From the NCBI GenBank assembly GCA_965217585.1, contig OZ244561.1, positions 2,304,001 through 2,368,000 of the forward strand: a DNA stretch of 64,000 nucleotides, given 5' to 3'. Below, piece by piece: positions 57,615 through 64,000 of this stretch (positions within the stretch are counted from its first letter, which is position 1; each line of letters begins with the position of its first letter). Below the pieces are notes generated by a model, which was not told the origin of the DNA, searched no databases, and was given only the letters and a program-made list of their open reading frames with translations. The position numbers and the translations under genes are program-made. Origin of the DNA: Candidatus Latescibacterota bacterium (GTDB lineage: Bacteria; Latescibacterota; UBA2968; UBA8231).

Positions 57615-58463
57615 ATGGATTCGACCTGCCTGCAACACACCTTGACCGAGGAGGAGCGCCGCCAATTTGCGGAGGACGGCTTCTTCATCGTCCGCGATGT
57701 GCTACCTCTGGATTTGGTAGCACAGCTCATCCCCATCGTCGATCGACTCGCTGCCGAGTACCGGCCGAAAAAGGGGCTGGAAAAGCACCAGATGCACAAC
57801 TTGTTCGACTTTATCGGCAAAGACGAACTCTTTCTGGAGTTGCTCGACTGGCCAAAGACGTTCGCCAAGGTCTTTGGGATTTTGGGCTGGCATATTCAGC
57901 TCTACCACTCGCACTTGATCGTTACTCCGCCTTTAGACGGCGTCACACCCAAACGCAAGCGGCTAGGCTGGCATCAAGACAGCGGACGGCTCAACCTCGA
58001 CCTGGAGACTCATCCCCGACCGAGGGTCTCGCTTAAGGTGGCGTATTTTCTCACGGACTGCACCGAGACCAATCGCGGCAACTTCCACGCCGTGCCCGGC
58101 TCGCACCTGAAAAACAAGCTGGAAATGCCAACGGACGAAGACTTAAACCCAGCGGGCGCGGTGCCGATTCAAGTGGCGGCGGGTGACGCGGTCTTTTTCG
58201 ACCGGCGGATTTGGCATGCGGCCGGCCACAACTTCTCGCCCGACGCGCGCAGGGCGCTGTTTTACGGCTATAGCTACCGTTGGTTGCGGCCACGCGACGA
58301 CATGACGGTAGAGCACCTGATGGACCGCTGCGATCCGATCCGGCAGCAACTACTCGGTGCCGGCCCGAGCGGCGGGCACGGCTACACTTCGCCGAAAGAA
58401 GAAGACGTGCCGCTGAGAGAGTGGATTCGCGAGCATCTGGGTGACGAAGCGGTGGTGCAGTAA
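57615..58463 (+). CDS. PhyH family Fe/2OG dioxygenase
   Basis: F.EDGF, WHQD, VPGSH, GDAVFFD...WH...N....RR; RBS ggagg. Confidence 0.9.
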   Translation: MDSTCLQHTLTEEERRQFAEDGFFIVRDVLPLDLVAQLIPIVDRLAAEYRPKKGLEKHQMHNLFDFIGKDELFLELLDWPKTFAKVFGILGWHIQLYHSHLIVTPPLDGVTPKRKRLGWHQDSGRLNLDLETHPRPRVSLKVAYFLTDCTETNRGNFHAVPGSHLKNKLEMPTDEDLNPAGAVPIQVAAGDAVFFDRRIWHAAGHNFSPDARRALFYGYSYRWLRPRDDMTVEHLMDRCDPIRQQLLGAGPSGGHGYTSPKEEDVPLREWIREHLGDEAVVQ

Positions 58464-58546
58464 ATCCAAAGACTAATATGTCTGACCTAGCTGATCGGGG
58501 TACTGCTCTTGTTCTGATTGCTTGAATATCCAATAAGCCATCACAT

Positions 58547-59482
58547 CTAGTATTCTCTGTTTACAACCCAGTCTATTCTCGGCTCTAGCCAGTTAATCAA
58601 GTCATGGCGAAGGGTATCCGGCACCCATTTACTCTCAGATACGTCATGTGCAAGTAGTCTGTACCGATCAAGGAGTAGACCGCCGGCCCGGTTGCTCTGC
58701 CGACGCATCTCTCTATCATCAAGGGAAAAAGGAAGCGAGAATGCCTTGCTGGGAACTGCCGCGAAATCGATGATTTTTGTCCACTCGTTTATGTTGGGCT
58801 TGCCAACTTTGTCGACCCAGTTCTTTCCACTGGCGCACTGGGCAAGGTACACCGGAGCACCACCTCGACTATCGGCAAAAGGCAGATGCCATACTAGATC
58901 GACTCCAGCTTCATTCGCTTGGTCGGAGGCATAGTCATCGACATATCCTATCGGCTCGTTGATGTGCGACGTGATCTTACGTACGACATCCGGCAGCTTC
59001 GAAGTCTCGTCTTTCCTCCAACCCGTATGGAGAAATTGCCACCCACTAAACCGCACTTCCATCGCAGTCTTTGTGACAAGCTCAAACAACTCGCCTTGCT
59101 CTGTGTAGTCTGGCCCAAAATAGTCCTCCCAGCCGTCGTACCGCGGTCCAAAGGACACAACCAGGCAAAAACTATGGGCTGGGACTTCTTTCCAGTCCGA
59201 GCACCTCATCATCCACCTGTCATCGAAGCTAATGGGGGAGTGACAACCAAGCCATGATAAGCGGCCTTTAAGGTCAGCCCATCTAGACGAGACATATGCT
59301 GACGCGAAATCTTGGTCGTCGTATAGCTGTTCTTCGATCAGGTACTCAATGATGTCTGTCGGCGAGAGTTCCTCCTCAGCGATCAACGTAGTTGCCTCCA
59401 CCCAATCAAGAAACGTCTCATCATCAATGTTATGGGCATTTACCGACCGTTGAAATCCGCGAGGAATGCTAAGCATCGTCAT
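58547..59482 (-). CDS. Putative PD-(D/E)xK-fold restriction endonuclease-like protein
   Basis: GELFE helix, EAGVDLVW..PF.D.R, LAQCASG.NW (variant D...QxK motif); start overlaps the stop of the ParB-like gene. Confidence 0.65.
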   Translation of the reverse strand: MTMLSIPRGFQRSVNAHNIDDETFLDWVEATTLIAEEELSPTDIIEYLIEEQLYDDQDFASAYVSSRWADLKGRLSWLGCHSPISFDDRWMMRCSDWKEVPAHSFCLVVSFGPRYDGWEDYFGPDYTEQGELFELVTKTAMEVRFSGWQFLHTGWRKDETSKLPDVVRKITSHINEPIGYVDDYASDQANEAGVDLVWHLPFADSRGGAPVYLAQCASGKNWVDKVGKPNINEWTKIIDFAAVPSKAFSLPFSLDDREMRRQSNRAGGLLLDRYRLLAHDVSESKWVPDTLRHDLINWLEPRIDWVVNREY

Positions 59483-60596
59483 CAGTGCCTCGTCGCATTC
59501 CGATTTTCTCTGCAATGCTAGGGAACTTCAACACAAGCTCTTTGGCATTCAGGGCTAGGCGTAGCATCGCTTTCTGAATTGACTCCGAATCAAGATGTAG
59601 ATGCACTCGACTTAGAGCGAGTTCCATTTGATTACTTGCTTCCTTGAGCTGATTTTCGATCTCCTCATCCTCTATGCCGGCTTTCTGTAAGGCCAACTCA
59701 AAGCTGGGATCAGGAACTGATCGAAGGTACTCTATGGCTTGATCGCTTGACAGAATGCGAGCAAAATTCCCAACATCTCGGGAATCTGTAAATAGGGGCT
59801 TGCTACTGTTAGATCCGAACAGCCACGCCACAAAGTCTGATAGGTTCTTCGTGTTGTCCTCAGGAACAGGTGTCTGAGCTTCTTCAGGCTCAGCCCTAAT
59901 GTCAACGCCGAGGAAACTCTGGACGCCCGCTTCTCTCAACGAGAGGAAGAGCACACTAAATCGTTTGTCAAGCCCCTCTTCAGATATGTCAATTTCAAGG
60001 TCGTCAATCTGGTGAAGGATTCGATAGGCGATGTAGTTGCGTCGTACGATGTCGGTTCGGCTTCCAATCTGCTTTCGGATGGACTCGTACGACATGTTTT
60101 TCTTATCCACCATCCGCGCGATGAACTCGGCCTTCTCGGCAGGGTCCCACTGTTTGATTCCAGTAACGTGTCTGAAGCCGATAAAGGCAGTGACTTCCTC
60201 GCGTGAGTGAGCAAGTATATAAGGCACCTTAGTAAATAGATTGTTGTCCGGCTGAACTCCTTCGGCAAGTTGTCTCCATATCCGTGGCACCGGTTCGCCA
60301 GCTACCGCCTTCTTCAGGTATTTAAGTGCTGCAATACGGCGATTGCCTTCTACTACCACTAGCGTGCTAGGTCGCCCATACAACTCCTCTGCCACAACTA
60401 TAACGGCTTCTTGCGGCCAGAACCCGTTTTCTAGGAAGGAGATTGCCAACTCATCCAGACTCCAAGTTCGCATGAGTTCCATCAGACGTTCCTGAGTCGC
60501 TGATGGCTCTGAACGGGCATCTCCTAACCTCGGATTGCGAGGATCGAGAAAGAGCTTCTCGAGTGCAACAAACTCAATCGAGTGCGATGGTGACAT
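59469..60596 (-). CDS. ParB/sulfiredoxin-like N-terminal domain protein
   Basis: LDPRNPR, SF.ENGF, VVVEGNRRIAAL (GxxR box), RHVTG.K.W...KA, then HTH-like YESIRKQIG. Confidence 0.8.
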   Translation of the reverse strand: MSPSHSIEFVALEKLFLDPRNPRLGDARSEPSATQERLMELMRTWSLDELAISFLENGFWPQEAVIVVAEELYGRPSTLVVVEGNRRIAALKYLKKAVAGEPVPRIWRQLAEGVQPDNNLFTKVPYILAHSREEVTAFIGFRHVTGIKQWDPAEKAEFIARMVDKKNMSYESIRKQIGSRTDIVRRNYIAYRILHQIDDLEIDISEEGLDKRFSVLFLSLREAGVQSFLGVDIRAEPEEAQTPVPEDNTKNLSDFVAWLFGSNSSKPLFTDSRDVGNFARILSSDQAIEYLRSVPDPSFELALQKAGIEDEEIENQLKEASNQMELALSRVHLHLDSESIQKAMLRLALNAKELVLKFPSIAEKIGMRRGTDDDA

Positions 60597-60732
60597 AGCT
60601 CTTGCCTTTCTTCAGAAAATACATACCAAATACCGAGGCTTATAGCTCGGCCTCCTGTAAATCGCATATACGCCAACGGCCGGTCGAACGTCTATCGTTA
60701 TGTGATTGTTAGAAACAACCATATGAACACCC

Positions 60733-62100
60733 TTAGTCAATGCTGACAGTAGTTGGGTGTCTTATGCTTTCGACGTTAGTCTCTCTGGTCCGGAGAAGTC
60801 TTGTGGCAATCTCGTGAACGACATCAACATGTACCGCGTTTCCTAACGCCTTGAATGTCGAAGTCCTAGAGGCCGGAACGTGAAAGTCGTCTGGAAAGCC
60901 CTGTAAGCGCAGTCCCTCGGTCCGTGACAGGTGTCGTTGTTCTGGACCGAGGATAGGGATCTGCGTGTTAGTCATTGCGACTAGCGATGGACTGTTCGCG
61001 TATCTCTTGACGCGCAGCCCGGAAGGCCTGAACTGAAGGATATGTTTCCAGAGATCCCTCTGCTCACCCTGGCAGTTCCACTCAAGCTTGCGGAGGGAGG
61101 GCGGAAATGTGCGAAGGCCACTGATCCATTCTGATGGGAGCTCATCCCGGATCGTGGAAAGCCAAGTCCGGTTAGACTTGATGAATTTCACTTTCCACTG
61201 TGGAAATGTCTCGACCTCTGTGCGTGCGTAGCTGGGCAAAGCCTCAAAGCTCTCTTGGGCAGGAGATTTCCCGTTCCTGCTGAAGGCGGAGCCATTTGTC
61301 GCAGCAAGCACTTGAGCCCATGGAGTGATCTCTTCATAGGAGTAGGTTGCATCAATCTCGTCTCCCCATATCGGAAATGACGGTAGGGCAATCTTCTCTT
61401 CCGGTAGTGCATCTAGGAAAATGTTCCAGTGCTCTATGCAGCGACGGTGCTGGTCCACTATACGTGTCTCATTATGGTCTCTCTCTGACAACTCGTCTCT
61501 GGGCTGGACGATGTGTGCCATGGATGTTGATGCCCTTCGGTTCCTCGGAGGGAAGGTATCCGGCGGGAGGCCCTCAAGCGAAGCAACTGCGAAGAAGCGC
61601 TCTCTGTGATGTGGCCGTCCGATATGGTGTGGGGAGAGCAACCCTGCGCCACCGCTCGTTATATGTTCTGTTCCACTGACCTCATAGCGGAGACTCTCTA
61701 GGCTAGACTTGACGATATGCCATGTTCGTCCTTCGTCGTGCCGTTCAAAGTTCCCAACATTTTCCAAGATCACAAAGCTTGGCCTGTGCGTTTCCAAGAT
61801 CTCTAGTATCTCGTGAAAGAGGGTTCCAGTCGTTTGGTCGCTCAAACCGGCCTGTGCCCCTGACTTCGAGAAAGGTTGGCATGGAAATCCGGCGCACAGC
61901 AAGTCGTGTGGTGGCACATACCCCTTTGAAAGCCGGATGTCTCCATGGATCGGAGGGCCAGCAGGGAAGTTGCGGTTGTACACCTCTTGAAGTTGACTAT
62001 CTATCTCCGAAGCAAAAACACACTCATGTCCGAGTCGCTCAAGAGCAAGTCGAAAACCACCAAGGCCAGCAAACAGATCAATAAATCTCATTGCCAGCAT
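60733..62100 (-). CDS. DNA (cytosine-5)-methyltransferase
   Basis: Motif I DLFAGLGG, IV GFPCQPFS, VI ENV, VIII PHHRER, IX RLQGFP, X GNAV; long variable region. Confidence 0.95.
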   Translation of the reverse strand: MLAMRFIDLFAGLGGFRLALERLGHECVFASEIDSQLQEVYNRNFPAGPPIHGDIRLSKGYVPPHDLLCAGFPCQPFSKSGAQAGLSDQTTGTLFHEILEILETHRPSFVILENVGNFERHDEGRTWHIVKSSLESLRYEVSGTEHITSGGAGLLSPHHIGRPHHRERFFAVASLEGLPPDTFPPRNRRASTSMAHIVQPRDELSERDHNETRIVDQHRRCIEHWNIFLDALPEEKIALPSFPIWGDEIDATYSYEEITPWAQVLAATNGSAFSRNGKSPAQESFEALPSYARTEVETFPQWKVKFIKSNRTWLSTIRDELPSEWISGLRTFPPSLRKLEWNCQGEQRDLWKHILQFRPSGLRVKRYANSPSLVAMTNTQIPILGPEQRHLSRTEGLRLQGFPDDFHVPASRTSTFKALGNAVHVDVVHEIATRLLRTRETNVESIRHPTTVSID

Positions 62101-62778
62101 CCTGATACGAGATAAAAGGATTCGAGGGCGACCAGATCATTGCGCGGTGATCACCAGACGAAACCTGGGCCTTAAGGACAATGCGCAGTCCCTGGCACTC
62201 TGAATCCGGTCCATAGGTTCGTTCGGAGGAGGGGTGAACAGGGTATCTTGTACGCCGACCTCTAACTGGCCACTTTGATGTGCGTTCACGGCAACTGTAA
62301 CCCTCAAGACGACTCTGCTTGTCGCTTATACTGGGCGATAATCTCATTGAGCTTTCTACTAATTGTCTTCCTCCAAGTGCTGCTCGGGCCTTGAGCCATC
62401 GACACAGATACCGGTCAACACGGATATTGGTTGGTCCGGCGCAGCCACGTTGAGACACCACTGAAATACCTCGTTCGCCCTTGTGCATGGAAACTCTACA
62501 GCGACGTAATAAGACACTTTGGGGACCCTCTGTCAAAGCGCTGAAAACACGTAAGGGGCAGGGCAGGTGGCGAACTTGAACTGTGGCTGAGGCGGGCCCC
62601 TCGTCGAGGTCACCATCGGCAGTCCCACTCCGAGCAGATAGCAACGAATCGAAGAAGGAATGGCTTCTAATCAACGTCGTCCTTTGGCCCCGACCGCGCG
62701 CTTGCGGTGCCTGCAAAACGCCCGATGCCAGCGAGACATCGGGCGCTTTGCAGGGGTCGAGGGCAGGGCCTATTTGAG

Positions 62779-63183
62779 TTAAAAGTCGCCGAATCTCAGC
62801 GCCGGGTTGACTGTGATCATAGCTTCCGGCAGTTGCAGCGCGGTAATCGCCGTACCAGCGGTGTACGCTTGGTCTGCGACCGCCCCGGTGAAAGCAAAGG
62901 CCATCCCGCCGTCTTCGATCCTCCTGATTGTGTACGTGGTGCCGTGCAACTTGAAGTCGTCGTCGGATAGAACATTGGAGTTGCTGCACTTTATGCTGAC
63001 GGGGTTACTGTGGGAACAACCGAATTCGTCCTGGGCGGTATTCAGGGTTTTCACGTCCAGATCGGCAGACCAGATGGTCACGTCTTGCGCGGAGGCCGGC
63101 GGCGCGATGACGAGCGAGGCCGCGAAGAGGACGCCGCAGAGGACCGCGGCGAGGGGCCGGTGGCCGGTCGATTTCAAATCCAT
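62779..63183 (-). pseudogene. Truncated secreted protein with a collapsed Ig-like (He_PIG-type) repeat
   Basis: RBS aggag; signal peptide ...PPASA/QD; F.G.VADQAYTAGTAITALQLPEA jumps straight to ITVNPAL.FGDF*. Confidence 0.55.
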
Positions 63184-63284
63184 GGCAACGTCTCCTTTTC
63201 TATCATGAAGGTCGGTTGAGGACCGCCGGTGCCCGGCTCGACCCCGGTCGAGGAGGAGGCAAGCCGGCGGCCCTCGGGCCGGGT

Positions 63285-64000
63285 CTACTCGAGGTAGAGC
63301 ATGCGCCGGGTATGCACGCCGCCCGGATAGTGCAGGCGCGTGAAGTAAATCCCCGTGGCCACGCTCCGAGCCGCGGCGTCGCGGACGTCCCAGCGCACCC
63401 GGTAGGTGCCGGCCTTCTGCACCTCGTCCACGAGGGTGCGTATGCGCTGCCCGAGGATGTTGTAGATGACCAAGCGCACGGGTCCGGGCGCATCGAGTCG
63501 GTAGAGGATGACGGTGTTGCCGTTGAAGGGGTTGGGCGCGTTGGGCGCCAGGCCCGGCGGCCCGTCCGCGACCGCCGGCTTGGACGACGACTTGATTTTT
63601 TTGACCGTCAGCTCGTAGTAGCCCCACTCGAACGACTCGCCGCTCGCCGCGATGTAATAGGTGCCACCGGCATGGGCGTGAAACGTCACCCGGAACAGGT
63701 GGTGGGAGATTGATTCGTCGCGGGACCGCGTGTTGACAAGGGACTCCCCGTCCGCATCGTAGATCGCGTTGATCTGCGGGAGGCGCAGGGTGAGATCGTT
63801 GGTGGGAATCGCGCCCTTCATGTCGATCCGGTAGGTCCGGCCCTTCTTCAGCTCCACCGCGAACCAGTCGGTGTCGAACTCGTAACCATCTACGTCGTTG
63901 CCGCCTGTTCTTTCCACGAAGATCGGTTTGTAGATGGTGCTCCTGGCCCCGTCCCCGCCCACCTCAACCATGCTGGTGGTGGTCGTGTTGGCGGGCAGGT
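63285..64000 (-). CDS. Secreted protein, 3' part: PPC-like domain plus C-terminal FlgD-Ig/T9SS-like domain
   Basis: Frame is open to the window edge (LPANTTTTS); DTDWFAVEL..GRTYRID...GTYYI; NAPNPFN..T.I.Y...IYNILGQ.IRTLV...WD...VATGIY. Confidence 0.8.
   Translation of the reverse strand, partial: LPANTTTTSMVEVGGDGARSTIYKPIFVERTGGNDVDGYEFDTDWFAVELKKGRTYRIDMKGAIPTNDLTLRLPQINAIYDADGESLVNTRSRDESISHHLFRVTFHAHAGGTYYIAASGESFEWGYYELTVKKIKSSSKPAVADGPPGLAPNAPNPFNGNTVILYRLDAPGPVRLVIYNILGQRIRTLVDEVQKAGTYRVRWDVRDAAARSVATGIYFTRLHYPGGVHTRRMLYLE

Noticed and set aside
58464-62780. Prophage or integrative element
   Set aside because: No integrase, phage genes, tRNA or flanking att repeats were seen.
62078-62989. 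303-aa - strand ORF upstream of the methyltransferase as a fourth system gene
   Set aside because: Arg/Ser-rich non-protein-like composition, overlaps the Ig remnant in another frame, and has no Vsr or HTH motifs.

Overview
High-GC bacterial window. Its content suggests a Latescibacterota/Gemmatimonadota-like, possibly sponge-associated lineage (inference only): 5 PhyH dioxygenases, 4 Gfo/Idh/MocA oxidoreductases, 3 enolase-superfamily genes, GHL10-like and beta-propeller hydrolases, and secreted proteins with a C-terminal (Y/A)PNPFN FlgD-Ig/T9SS-like domain. Most of it is sugar/acid catabolism and housekeeping genes (modA, nuclease-DinG helicase, mtnP, cdaA-YbbR, rpoZ-like, an RND efflux operon). 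Two AT-richer accessory cassettes stand out. (1) 13756-15476: a predicted COMM(D)-like protein in frame with an Xre/MbcA-type antitoxin, followed by a RES toxin. (2) 58547-62100: a C5 DNA methyltransferase, a ParB/Srx-like NTPase and a PD-(D/E)xK-like nuclease, a candidate restriction/defence system I cannot assign to a named type. Also present are a second RES-Xre pair, a MITE-like element with internal 10-bp repeats, several unusual domain fusions, a PhyH protein with an HxG (halogenase-like) motif, and several internally deleted gene remnants (GAPDH, uxuA-like, YhcG/DUF1016, IS4, Ig-domain protein). I recognised no rRNA, tRNA or CRISPR array. All domain calls are by eye from motifs, not from database searches.
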